Counted from the first letter of the stretch, positions 10,012-19,492 are shown. The stretch is DNA of 64,000 bases from a virus (IMGVR_UViG_2851924183_000002:1-64000), one strand, 5' to 3'. Notes: generated by a model from the letters alone, not told the origin. Numbers and translations: made by a program.

Positions 10012-10323
10012 TTAGCTCTCGGCTTTCTCCTTTGCCTCAAGCTTCTCTTTAAGTGACGTTAGATAATCAAGATTCGAACGACTAGAATGACCTAGCATGT
10101 TGTATGAAATTTCGTATTCTTCACCATCTTCAGAAATTAACTTTGTCATAGCTGCAATGTCGGCAATACCGATATAACAACCTGGTTCCAACTTAGCTTG
10201 TGACTCAACATACTCAATTGCTGTCATTTGATGCATAACAACTTTTTTAAGTTTAAGTTCTGTCTGACCATCAACAAGTTTCAGTGCAACGGGTAATTCA
10301 CCTTCAATTTCTAAGCGGTCCAT
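10012..10323 (-). CDS. Tail assembly chaperone
   Basis: Between tube and tape measure genes. Confidence 0.7.
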   Translation of the reverse strand: MDRLEIEGELPVALKLVDGQTELKLKKVVMHQMTAIEYVESQAKLEPGCYIGIADIAAMTKLISEDGEEYEISYNMLGHSSRSNLDYLTSLKEKLEAKEKAES

Positions 10324-10700
10324 TACATTGATTCCTTCATCATACTAAGTGCAAACATCGATAAATTACGACGAGTTTCACCTTCAACAGAGAATGAGTC
10401 ACTTACTTCAGTTGAACTGCAATCAAGATAAGTTTCACGGAAACCGCCTTCAGGGTTTTCTACGGTGATGCGTGCATCTTCGATATTGTCCCAATCGATA
10501 GTGTCTTTACCATTAGGAATAACAACGGAAATACTTAGGTTGTACGATTTCACACCTTGAGTACGGTATTTGTTTACGCGTTTGCGATTCATTGTGGCAA
10601 TAGGTTTACGACCAGTTCCTTTTTGCGCTTCACAACTTACGCAGTCGTATTCATTGCCATCAACAATGAGAACAATTGCACCAACTGCAACTTCAGCCAT
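10323..10700 (-). CDS. Tail tube protein
   Basis: 125 aa, beta-rich, after sheath; TGRKPIATMNR motif. Confidence 0.8.
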   Translation of the reverse strand: MAEVAVGAIVLIVDGNEYDCVSCEAQKGTGRKPIATMNRKRVNKYRTQGVKSYNLSISVVIPNGKDTIDWDNIEDARITVENPEGGFRETYLDCSSTEVSDSFSVEGETRRNLSMFALSMMKESM

Positions 10701-10759
10701 TTTTAAAGCCTCTTATTAAGGATGCCTTACTTTTACATGTGCTTTCTTATTTTAATAAC

Positions 10760-10771
10760 GGAACACTTTCC
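10760..10771 (-). promoter_or_regulatory. Late-activator box GGAACACTTTCC
   Basis: 60 bp upstream of the tube ATG. Confidence 0.7.
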
Positions 10772-10804
10772 AAAAAAAAGCCCCCAATAAAGGGGGCTTT
10801 TTTT
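10772..10804 (-). terminator. Intrinsic terminator
   Basis: A8-GCCCCC-AATAAA-GGGGGC-T tract. Confidence 0.85.
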
Positions 10805-10835
10805 GTTTTCATAATAGAACTCTTTGCTTATGAAA

Positions 10836-11198
10836 TTACTCAATTTGTTTTGAGGTACGGTAAAGTTGTTCTTTTAAAAGATAACCTTCAAGTTGCCAAA
10901 TTTTATTAAGTGCATTTTCATAAGCAAGCTTTTGTCCAATCAACTTGTCAAAATTTTCAGGACTTGCACATGCTGATTCACCAGTCACAGTAAAGCCATT
11001 TTCTAAAGTGAGAATGCAAATAGTTAAGCATGGTGTGCTTTTATCTTCTTTTGCAAAATAATCTTCATGCGCAAAGATTGGGGCAACATCACCAGTCAAG
11101 TAGCGAATTGCTTGTACTTTTGATTCGACATGATCAGGCGTTAAACGTGGAGCATTCAAACTCTTGTCTTGAATTTCTTTTTCAAATTTTTGGTTCAT
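10836..11198 (-). CDS. N4 gp49/Sf6 gp66 family protein (Acb4-like nucleotide sponge candidate)
   Basis: Signature APRLTP...LTICILTLENGFTVTGESACASPENFDKLIG...IWQLEGYLLKEQL. Confidence 0.85.
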   Translation of the reverse strand: MNQKFEKEIQDKSLNAPRLTPDHVESKVQAIRYLTGDVAPIFAHEDYFAKEDKSTPCLTICILTLENGFTVTGESACASPENFDKLIGQKLAYENALNKIWQLEGYLLKEQLYRTSKQIE

Positions 11199-11209
11199 GA
11201 GTCACTTCC

Positions 11210-12310
11210 CTAGTAAACATTCAACGTTGCCGCGATAACGTGCATACCACGCACCCAATCCGCAGGGATGGTCGCATTCACACGATAACGATCAGTACTG
11301 TCCTGCTCAACAACCAGTTGATCAGCTGTTTCTTGGACATTTTGTAGAATTTCAGCATCGTCTAATTTTTTAGCTTCAGCTAAGAAGATTGAACGTAAGT
11401 TACGACGCTGAGCTGCTGTGTTTTTACGACGACGTTCTTTAGATGCAGCAGTACGCATGACTTTACGGACATAGTCAATTACCAGTGCACCATTAATATC
11501 TAGCATGATGTCATCTGCTAAACCTGTATCTGGATTCTTACGGAATGTAGAAACAGCTCGAATGATTTCAGGCTTGCCGTCTGCTCCTGTTGCAATCACA
11601 CAAACACCAGCTTTTAATGCACGCTCTTGACGCTCAAAAGTAAGCTTGTATTTGTTTTCAACAGGACTAACACCCTCTAAATTTACCCCATTAAATGGTA
11701 CGGCAGGATCGTTAGAGTCTGCTAAAGCAGCAGCCATCGCACCAGAAATTTCAGCTTCTTGACCAGTAGCGCCATGATAACAAGCAATAATAACTCGATA
11801 ACTCGTTTCAATTGGTGCTTGAGCTGCAAACGTCGTTGCAGCATCAATGTCAGTAAATGGAATGACTAAAATAGCAGGGCGTTGTTCAATCGCATCACTC
11901 ACAAAATTTAAATGATCCGTCCATGCCATCGTGTCATCACCAACTGTTGGCGCTGTATCTATTGCAAGAATCGTAAAACCTAACGGCTCAATCACTTCTA
12001 ACGTTGCATCAAGGTCAGCAACTGGAGTAGCAGGAACTGTTTTATCAATAATGATTGGCATTGCGTATGCATCGACCAAACGGTTTGTCTTAACAGCAGC
12101 CTTAATCATGCGAGTGACTTTACTATCCGTACCAATTTTTTCATCAGCATCCGATGTATCGTAAATTGCAATTGGTTGATCCAACTCTTTAGGATCTGTC
12201 GTTACAAATAATACTTTTTGTTCATTTGGAATAAGACCAGTACGCTGAGTATTAATATTTACTGCGGTATATACACCAGGTGTACGAATACCAGATTGAA
12301 CACCACTCAT
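11210..12310 (-). CDS. Tail sheath protein
   Basis: IRTPGVY N-terminus; IPADWVRGMHV C-terminus. Confidence 0.9.
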   Translation of the reverse strand: MSGVQSGIRTPGVYTAVNINTQRTGLIPNEQKVLFVTTDPKELDQPIAIYDTSDADEKIGTDSKVTRMIKAAVKTNRLVDAYAMPIIIDKTVPATPVADLDATLEVIEPLGFTILAIDTAPTVGDDTMAWTDHLNFVSDAIEQRPAILVIPFTDIDAATTFAAQAPIETSYRVIIACYHGATGQEAEISGAMAAALADSNDPAVPFNGVNLEGVSPVENKYKLTFERQERALKAGVCVIATGADGKPEIIRAVSTFRKNPDTGLADDIMLDINGALVIDYVRKVMRTAASKERRRKNTAAQRRNLRSIFLAEAKKLDDAEILQNVQETADQLVVEQDSTDRYRVNATIPADWVRGMHVIAATLNVY

Positions 12311-12311
12311 A

Positions 12312-12920
12312 TCAATTTCCTTCTTTGAGTTCAACTAAATCACTTGCAACTGGTTCTTCATGTTGCTCAAAGACATAGTCAAAATTAATTCTTTCGATTG
12401 TTGTTTCAGTCTCTTGCTCTTCACGATCTCGATTAGAAGCAATGATTGTGTATTGGGTTGTAAATTCTTGAGATAAAACACTTAATGATTGACTTCGAAC
12501 TTTTGTGTTGAAAATGGTTTTTGTTTTACCAAGTTCTAAAGATGCGAGTCCTTTAATACCTTGAGAAGACAAGTCGTTTCCAATTAAAAGCCTTTGAACA
12601 AGATCAAGCATTGAAAAAGTACCAATGTCCGAACCCGCACCATGACGACGAGCTTCTTCATTTCTAACGGATTGCGCACCAACCAAAACTACAAAAGTGA
12701 TCGGGTATTCAGTTTTGTTATAACTGATTTTCGTTGGAGTACCTGAACTTACAAATGAAACCCATATCGCTGGAAATGTTTTGATAAAACTCAGCGTGTC
12801 ATCATCAAATTCACCACCATAGGTTTTTATTTCACGAACCCAAGGCCAGACTTTATTTTTAATCTGGTCTGCCATTTCATCTTTAAGAGCTTGTTCAATA
12901 AGTGCTAAATTTAAATTCAC
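12312..12920 (-). CDS. Tail terminator, Mu gp37/DUF1834-like
   Basis: KTYGGEFDD...FPAIWV...RNEEARRHG. Confidence 0.85.
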   Translation of the reverse strand: MNLNLALIEQALKDEMADQIKNKVWPWVREIKTYGGEFDDDTLSFIKTFPAIWVSFVSSGTPTKISYNKTEYPITFVVLVGAQSVRNEEARRHGAGSDIGTFSMLDLVQRLLIGNDLSSQGIKGLASLELGKTKTIFNTKVRSQSLSVLSQEFTTQYTIIASNRDREEQETETTIERINFDYVFEQHEEPVASDLVELKEGN

Positions 12921-13345
12921 CAGCTTCGTCCCCCAAAGTCACGTCTTCCGACAGACAAAACAACACTGTTGTTAGATGTCTGAACTGGTGAGCTTTCACC
13001 AACAGGTGAACCACCCAATGCAATAGTTCCTTTTGAAATTTCTTTTAAGGACTTTACTGCATTTTCATAACGGGTTTTGATTGGATCATTATCAGACATA
13101 GCACCAGTGCAAGCATGGTAGCGTGCCATATGACACGCTAATGACTGAAGAAAAGGAGGGGTGGTTTGCAACGGCAAGGAGTAACGCGATGCAATATAAC
13201 CTTCGATTTCGCTGTTTGCCTCATTCATTGCAGCATTCAACTTATTCATGTTAATTACATCTTGATAAGGTTGCTCATTGTCCGTTAGTTCAATAAGTTG
13301 ACGCTCACCAAATTTTTCAATCATTGCTTCAAGCGTTGCAAACAT
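12917..13345 (-). CDS. Head-tail connector, Mu gp36/DUF1320-like
   Basis: IEGYIASRYSLPL...LACHMARY. Confidence 0.88.
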   Translation of the reverse strand: MFATLEAMIEKFGERQLIELTDNEQPYQDVINMNKLNAAMNEANSEIEGYIASRYSLPLQTTPPFLQSLACHMARYHACTGAMSDNDPIKTRYENAVKSLKEISKGTIALGGSPVGESSPVQTSNNSVVLSVGRRDFGGRSW

Positions 13346-13356
13346 ATCGTTCCCCT

Positions 13357-14265
13357 TTAAGCAGCAGAACCATCGGAGCCGTAAGCAGTTTGCCAGTGGC
13401 CATAACCAGCCGCACCGCGTGCTTCAGCACCAAACTTAAATTCACCCTCGGTGAAAACCGAATCAGATTCAACTGTTGTTTGTTGAACAAATTCAGGCTT
13501 TTTACGTGGTTGATAAATAAATGGTTTTAATGGTTTTGTTGTATCCAATAAGAACCAAGCATCTGGACTAGTTAACCATGCTACAACAACGACTTTGGCA
13601 GTGCCTTTGTATAAATTGGCTTTACCATCATCTAATCGATCAGAGTTAATTAACGCATTTGCAGTTGCTTCTAATGCTGGTGGGACAAGTAATAGATTTG
13701 GATTGACGTTAAGAGGACGACCATCTTCATCTTTCATACTCATAAGAGCAGTACGGGCTTCACCATATGATGCCGCTGCTGCTTCTTGGGATGCAGCAGA
13801 TAGCTTTTTAGTCCCTTTATTGCTTACACCCGATTTACCAACGGGGTGATTAGTCGCAAAGAATGGTTTACCGTCATAACATTTTTCGGTAAATCCTTTA
13901 TTTACAGCAGTGAAAACCAACTCGTCAGGCCACTGTTTTGCCGAGTGCCCAGCACCTTGTGCTTGTGCTGAATAGATGCCAAGTTGATCATCTTCAATAT
14001 CATCGCGTTTTACCGCAATAGTAGCTTCATATGGTTTATTAACCAGAATGTAAGTATATTCAGATAGTTTTTTGATTTGCTTTTTACCGACCCATTCTTT
14101 CATACCTGGAAAGTTAGACAACCACGTATAGTCGTTGTATTTCCCTGAACTTGGTACTTCTGAAGCAATATCTTGCCATTGGCTTGGAGCAGCAGCAAAT
14201 GCACCGTTAAAAGCTCGACTTAAACCTAGAAAGATTGCTGAAATTACAGCACCGTTAATTTTCAT
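13357..14265 (-). CDS. Major capsid protein (Mu gpT)
   Basis: WLSNFPGMKEWVG, CYDGKPFFATNHPV, YGHWQTAYGS motifs. Confidence 0.95.
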   Translation of the reverse strand: MKINGAVISAIFLGLSRAFNGAFAAAPSQWQDIASEVPSSGKYNDYTWLSNFPGMKEWVGKKQIKKLSEYTYILVNKPYEATIAVKRDDIEDDQLGIYSAQAQGAGHSAKQWPDELVFTAVNKGFTEKCYDGKPFFATNHPVGKSGVSNKGTKKLSAASQEAAAASYGEARTALMSMKDEDGRPLNVNPNLLLVPPALEATANALINSDRLDDGKANLYKGTAKVVVVAWLTSPDAWFLLDTTKPLKPFIYQPRKKPEFVQQTTVESDSVFTEGEFKFGAEARGAAGYGHWQTAYGSDGSAA

Positions 14266-14672
14266 GCTACCCATACTCCTTCATTTGTGATTTCTAAAAC
14301 AACACCACCTTCTGATTTGGTATTTGTTGCCGATGTTTTGCATACAGTTTTTGAATCGTGGATGTAGCATTTCTTACCAACCAAAGATTGAACAACTGCA
14401 TCTGCACTAGCGTTATCAAATAAAAAGGCTGAATGTGTACGCACCATCACAAACACGTCTCCATCAGCACCACCAGTGTTATCAATGGTTTCATCAAAGA
14501 TACCTAGATAGGTGAGTCCCGTTGCTGTTTTACCTGGTTCAGCGAATCCTGTTGAACCAACAACAGCTATATGCCCTGCAAAACAAATAGCGTTTGCTTT
14601 TACAGCAACTTGAATAAGGCCTAAATCACGACGTGGTGTTTGGCGATCAGATCCACTTAAAATACTGCTCAT
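14262..14672 (-). CDS. Capsid decoration/cement-like protein
   Basis: DNTGGADGD motif; between protease and capsid. Confidence 0.7.
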   Translation of the reverse strand: MSSILSGSDRQTPRRDLGLIQVAVKANAICFAGHIAVVGSTGFAEPGKTATGLTYLGIFDETIDNTGGADGDVFVMVRTHSAFLFDNASADAVVQSLVGKKCYIHDSKTVCKTSATNTKSEGGVVLEITNEGVWVA

Positions 14673-15742
14673 GCGCCAGCTCCTAAATCAATGCCCATTT
14701 GCTTAGCTACTTCAAAATCTTCAGGTGTGTATTGACCTTGCTTTTGATGATTAGCAGCAATTTGAACGGTTTGTGTTTGTTGTTGACTTAATGCTGCGAT
14801 TTTTGGCAAATCATCTAAGTATGACTTCACAAAATCTGGGTTAGTCTTCGCTTGGTCTTTGACCCAATCAACAGTCGCCTTACCTGTCAATCGACCATCT
14901 GAGCAAGCAGCTAAAATGAGATCATCAATTTCTTTTGCTTGTGCATTTGCCGTTACAGTGGTTGCTTGAGCTAACGCTTCTTTATGCACCGCCATTGGTA
15001 CATATTTGTTTGGGTCGGGTTGTGCCTGGCTATTTGCAGCTAATTTAATTTGATCAATTGCAGAGACAGCATCAAATAAGTTTTGAGCATTAGCAGCAAT
15101 TGTCGTACCTGTTTTTTCTGCAATCTGATTGGTCAGTTTGCTGAGTTCTGCCATAATGTCTTCAGCAGTTGCTGAAATCGGCAGATTCAACATCCAACGC
15201 AGACGTTCTAATAAATCTTCGTTCATTTCTGAATCCTGAGATGTTGTTAAAAATTCTTGTGCAGCTGCTGCAAGCTTGGCTTCAGGCAACTGATCTAAAT
15301 TTGGAGTGTTTGTTAATGCGACGCTATGTAAGCCGAGGATGGTTCCAGTGGTGTCATAGAAGAAGACTGGAGATATGTATTTGTATTCACCCGAATCGAT
15401 AAAGCCTTGAGCTTTTTCGGTCCATTCAAATTGAGTACTACATAAGCCAACTCCTTCTACATAGGTAAAGCCATTTGGTTTTAACCATCCAGCAGCAGGA
15501 GCAGGTTCGCCTTTTTCTTTAGCAATTAATGTGCTGTGTTCATAATCAATGACGAGATCAACACTACGTTGATTTAACACAGCAACCATTTCACGACCAT
15601 GTTCAGGCGTTAGAATCCATGCAGGCGCATCAAATGGGCGACCATCGATACCGCGAAATTCACCTTCAGGTATAATCACAAAATGTTCAGACTGTGCTGA
15701 TAAGCTCATTGAGCATGCAGCAACTAAGAGTGTGCGCTTCAT
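14669..15742 (-). CDS. Prohead protease/scaffold (Mu gpI)
   Basis: IDYEH, APAAGW, EYKYISPVF, VALTNTPNL motifs. Confidence 0.93.
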   Translation of the reverse strand: MKRTLLVAACSMSLSAQSEHFVIIPEGEFRGIDGRPFDAPAWILTPEHGREMVAVLNQRSVDLVIDYEHSTLIAKEKGEPAPAAGWLKPNGFTYVEGVGLCSTQFEWTEKAQGFIDSGEYKYISPVFFYDTTGTILGLHSVALTNTPNLDQLPEAKLAAAAQEFLTTSQDSEMNEDLLERLRWMLNLPISATAEDIMAELSKLTNQIAEKTGTTIAANAQNLFDAVSAIDQIKLAANSQAQPDPNKYVPMAVHKEALAQATTVTANAQAKEIDDLILAACSDGRLTGKATVDWVKDQAKTNPDFVKSYLDDLPKIAALSQQQTQTVQIAANHQKQGQYTPEDFEVAKQMGIDLGAGA

Positions 15743-15800
15743 ACTTCTGCATCTAACTTAAGAAACATGAGTATGAAAAACTTAAGAGGGGATTAGTGTT

Positions 15801-15812
15801 GGAATACGTTCC
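15801..15812 (-). promoter_or_regulatory. Late-activator box GGAATACGTTCC
   Basis: 59 bp upstream of the gpI ATG. Confidence 0.7.
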
Positions 15813-15819
15813 TTATTTT

Positions 15820-15945
15820 TCACTTTTTATAATTTGCGCTGTAATGCGTTCTAACGATCAATAGATATTTCATTCAAGATTCATCGATTTAATTTTTATA
15901 AGTGCATCAATAACAATCTAACGACTATCTAACGCTATATTTATA
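15820..15945. other. Putative strong gyrase site region
   Basis: G-I intergenic position as in Mu; repeated TCTAACG. Confidence 0.45.
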
Positions 15946-16422
15946 TCAATCAAATAGTTTTTGATAGAAATAATCAACATCATCATAGATGGCGCTCTCA
16001 GCTTCTGACTGTAAATTACCATTTTCATCTATAGGCATAAATGGTCGCGCTGGAATATCTCCCCACGGTAATGGACCACCACGAGAAGATTTTCCATATT
16101 GCCCTTGTTTAGCACCAAATTGATGAGTCGGTGCTTTAGGATCAGAGCTGCTGATACTTGCTTCGGTATCATTAGAATCTGGCTGAATACTGTCACGAAG
16201 TTGACCAGACTGACTTAAAATTTTACCAGCCTTGCGTCTTGCCTCTGTGACTGGGCTAAGTCCAGCCCATCCAGGGCGACCTTGAGCATCAAAGTTATCT
16301 TCAACGATAGTCAAAAAACTTCCTGCTATTGCAGAGGTCAAATCCTTTGGACGGTTTATTCCTAAAGCAACTCTAGTTAGCTTTTTGACCAATACATCAT
16401 CATTGATTTGTATCACGCTCAT
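15946..16422 (-). CDS. Virion morphogenesis protein (Mu gpG)
   Basis: GRPGWAGLS, HQFG, IPARPFMP motifs. Confidence 0.92.
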   Translation of the reverse strand: MSVIQINDDVLVKKLTRVALGINRPKDLTSAIAGSFLTIVEDNFDAQGRPGWAGLSPVTEARRKAGKILSQSGQLRDSIQPDSNDTEASISSSDPKAPTHQFGAKQGQYGKSSRGGPLPWGDIPARPFMPIDENGNLQSEAESAIYDDVDYFYQKLFD

Positions 16423-16438
16423 AATTTATACTGTTCCT

Positions 16439-16519
16439 GAGATGGTAGTTTCCTAATAGAAAGGTTACGGTCTAGCAAAGTCTATTCAGTATTATGCTGT
16501 GCAAGTCAGCCACCATCTC
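16439..16519 (+). ncRNA. tRNA-like structured RNA convergent on muF
   Basis: GAGATGGT/ACCATCTC closing stem, TTTC-CTAATA-GAAA arm, GCTG-TGCAAGT-CAGC T-like arm; upstream TTGATT-18-TATACT. Confidence 0.65.
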
Positions 16520-16520
16520 C

Positions 16521-17837
16521 TTATCTGATCAATTCATAGTGCGTAGCATTCAATCCATCTTCAATTGCACCATCCAATATTTTAAAGATACTCACAATTT
16601 CTATTACGCCATTCTGTACTCGCAATGAAAGCTTGATTACCTTTGGATCTTTCTCATCTAAACTCTTAAGAATGTACAGAACACTATCATTTTTTACATC
16701 GTATAAAACAGTTTTAACGTTAGCGATGAGAATAGGTAATTCTTGCCATTCAGCCACGCTTACCGCATCACCAGCATTTTTATGGCGCTTGGCTTTTTTC
16801 CCAATGAGAAGACGATCTTCAACTGTAATGATAGGACTTTCAATTGTTTGTCCTTTTTTAAGCAAGTATGCAACTTCTTCCGCTTGGAACACACCAACCG
16901 TACTTGTTTTACCTTGAGATTTAGCAAAACTTAGGGTGTTCTCAATAAATGCATAATGGGCTTTTTGACGAATAGGGGCGGTTAAAACTTGTTGGACTTG
17001 CTTTAAACCTTCCATATCTCCTAAGTACTTTCGAGCACGCTCTGTCAATACTTGGTCCACAGCATAGCTTGTTGCTGGTGAGCTGTTGAATCCAGCCGCA
17101 GGGCTAAAGCTTATGACTCCATCTTTAGTTGGAATGTCAAAGCGTTGACGTGTCGCATAAACATCAGCACCTGTAAAACTATCTACGCCAATTTTTTCAG
17201 AATATTGAGTCTGATAACCATCACTACTTAAAATTTCTTTACCTTCAACTTCACGTTCAGATCTAGCAATAACACGGCAATTACAACCAAATTTTGAAGG
17301 AGGGTAGGCAGTTGTCCAAAACGGGTCGTCAGCTCTTAAAATACGACCATTCCACGATTTATGCTCTTCACGATAGTTCACCATCGTAATGTGTCGATAC
17401 TCCCAATAAGGACGTGTATCAATAGATTCCATCATTGCTTTATAACGCCCAGCACTAAAAGCCGAACGCATATTGGTGTGATAAATCGTTCGCAATCGAC
17501 GTGGAGATCCAAGCTGTACTTCTTGCTCTTGACCAGCTGGATTAATCACAGTTTTTTTACCCCACCAACCTTTTTCTTGAAGTATTGGGGTAATTTCAGC
17601 TTTCCACTTTTCAAGACTTTGACCTTTTTCCAAAGCCGTGATTAATGATTTCTTAATGTCCTGCAACAAGTCTAATTTAGCAACTTTTGCCACAGTGAAT
17701 GCACGACTATGTGCGTCATCTAAGGTTTGATGCCAATCCCATCCGATTTTATAACCTTTGTTTTTTAAGTATTGAATCGCTTCTTCGGGTGGTTTATGAA
17801 ATAGAGCATTCAATTCAGGGCGTTGAGGTGTGGGCAT
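16521..17837 (-). CDS. MuF (gp30) head morphogenesis protein with putative C-terminal PBECR-like RNase domain
   Basis: AFTVAKV, LRTIYHTN, YPPSKFGCNCRV motifs plus an extra C-terminal domain (KAKRH...LPILIAN..VLYD). Confidence 0.88.
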   Translation of the reverse strand: MPTPQRPELNALFHKPPEEAIQYLKNKGYKIGWDWHQTLDDAHSRAFTVAKVAKLDLLQDIKKSLITALEKGQSLEKWKAEITPILQEKGWWGKKTVINPAGQEQEVQLGSPRRLRTIYHTNMRSAFSAGRYKAMMESIDTRPYWEYRHITMVNYREEHKSWNGRILRADDPFWTTAYPPSKFGCNCRVIARSEREVEGKEILSSDGYQTQYSEKIGVDSFTGADVYATRQRFDIPTKDGVISFSPAAGFNSSPATSYAVDQVLTERARKYLGDMEGLKQVQQVLTAPIRQKAHYAFIENTLSFAKSQGKTSTVGVFQAEEVAYLLKKGQTIESPIITVEDRLLIGKKAKRHKNAGDAVSVAEWQELPILIANVKTVLYDVKNDSVLYILKSLDEKDPKVIKLSLRVQNGVIEIVSIFKILDGAIEDGLNATHYELIR

Positions 17838-19417
17838 TATTCAACCTCAGCTTCAGCACTTAAGCGACCAAGCATTTCACAAGCAAAGATCAGCTGCGTT
17901 AATTTCTCTTGAAGGGCAGGTTCATCATCGTGTGGATGTAGCTCAGAAAGCAGATGAAGTACTTCTTCCTCATTGCTACCAGCTTGAATTTTCTTAACCA
18001 ATTCAGTAAGCCATTGCTCCGAAATGACCTGGCTATTTTCGTCTTGTTCCTTTAAAAGCAACCGCATCGCTTGATCTTCTAACGGAACATTTGCAGTATT
18101 CGCAGCTAGTGATTGCGTTAGAAGTCGAGGAGAAAAAGTATTGGCTGCAAGATTACGAAAATCTGAATTCATTTCTTTCGATTGTTTTGTTAGAACCTCT
18201 TCATTTTCATCCGTAGGCATTGGTATGCCAGTTCGCTCATGTGCCCATCGAACAGGAATTTTCATACCGTTATCGACTAGAGCACCAATCGATTCACTGA
18301 ACGCCTTTAAGTCTTCCGTTTCAGTCAAATCAAAGTAGAATTTTGGATAACGATCAGGTGTAATATTTGGATAATTCAAACGCATTAAATGCGTAATTAA
18401 TGAATCATTAATTGATCTTGCAAGCTGTTTAGAATCCGATTTAACAATGACTTCAAATTGATTTTCATGTGTTTGGCTTTGTGCATTAGTACTGGTTTTA
18501 CCATCAGCCTGGCTAAGTAAAGTCCCACCCACAATAATTTTTGATTGGGTTTGCTCACACCATTTGATTAACGCCATATGATTATCAGTGTCACCATTTG
18601 CAGCACTTTCAAAATCAATGGTCATGCCTTTCGGAATAATACCTCCAGCATTACGTCCGATACTCATAACAGCGCGTAGCAGTGTCATTTTCTCTTCAGC
18701 TGTTGCGCCTTCAGCATATTGACCGATACGAATTGGCAAGCCATAAATTTCTAAGAATTCCATGACATCACGAACGCCATAGTTTTTAAATAAGAAAGGC
18801 CAAGATAAAACACGATGTAAACCTGATCGTGCAATATATCCAGACTTCGCTTTATGACGATGAATAAACCAACCAAAATCCCAAAACTCAGCACCTTCCA
18901 TTGATCCATCATTAAGACGTAGTTCATTGGGGCGATCAACAGGAGTCATAAAATTGCGTGCTAATTGATGCTCAAAACTTGCAGGTAGCCATAGTGAGCC
19001 TATACGTTCCCATTTGATTTCTTGGCAGCTGTAGCCATGACCAACCGCATCCATTGCATCAAACAAGAACATTTCAAAATCTTGAATCTCATCAATCCAT
19101 TCTTTAATTTCTTCAGCAATCTTTTTTTCTTGGTCCGTTGCATTCTTGGGAGGGTTTATTCCCCAAGGCAAGCCATTTACACCTTTCCGACGTTTGTCCA
19201 TTTCACTAAAGATATGACCATCACGTTCTTCCATATCTGCAAAAAGATCAGCTTGAGCTTGAAGACTACCTTGTTCAGCACCGAGGAGTAATTTATGGAG
19301 GCGTGCAGGCGTTAGACCAACAACAGGATGTTCTTGCCACTGATTTGTTAACCAAGCCACATCAGAGGTCTGAGTCGTTTCTAACGCTTGTTTTTGAGAT
19401 TTATCTTTTTTAGCCAT
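17837..19417 (-). CDS. Portal protein (Mu gp29, DUF935)
   Basis: DLFADMEERDGH, FLEIYGLPIRIG motifs. Confidence 0.95.
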   Translation of the reverse strand: MAKKDKSQKQALETTQTSDVAWLTNQWQEHPVVGLTPARLHKLLLGAEQGSLQAQADLFADMEERDGHIFSEMDKRRKGVNGLPWGINPPKNATDQEKKIAEEIKEWIDEIQDFEMFLFDAMDAVGHGYSCQEIKWERIGSLWLPASFEHQLARNFMTPVDRPNELRLNDGSMEGAEFWDFGWFIHRHKAKSGYIARSGLHRVLSWPFLFKNYGVRDVMEFLEIYGLPIRIGQYAEGATAEEKMTLLRAVMSIGRNAGGIIPKGMTIDFESAANGDTDNHMALIKWCEQTQSKIIVGGTLLSQADGKTSTNAQSQTHENQFEVIVKSDSKQLARSINDSLITHLMRLNYPNITPDRYPKFYFDLTETEDLKAFSESIGALVDNGMKIPVRWAHERTGIPMPTDENEEVLTKQSKEMNSDFRNLAANTFSPRLLTQSLAANTANVPLEDQAMRLLLKEQDENSQVISEQWLTELVKKIQAGSNEEEVLHLLSELHPHDDEPALQEKLTQLIFACEMLGRLSAEAEVE

Positions 19418-19477
19418 AACAAAAAGCACAATACGAGATTGTGCTTAGTTTGGGGCAGGCTTGTATATATTTAGAGT

Positions 19478-19489
19478 GGAAGTACTTCC
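19478..19489 (-). promoter_or_regulatory. Late-activator box GGAAGTACTTCC (perfect palindrome)
   Basis: 61 bp upstream of the portal ATG. Confidence 0.7.
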
Positions 19490-19492
19490 TAA

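Noticed and set aside
16439-16519. Canonical tRNA gene
   Set aside because: No GG in the D loop, no TTC in the T loop, irregular anticodon arm; kept only as a tRNA-like RNA.
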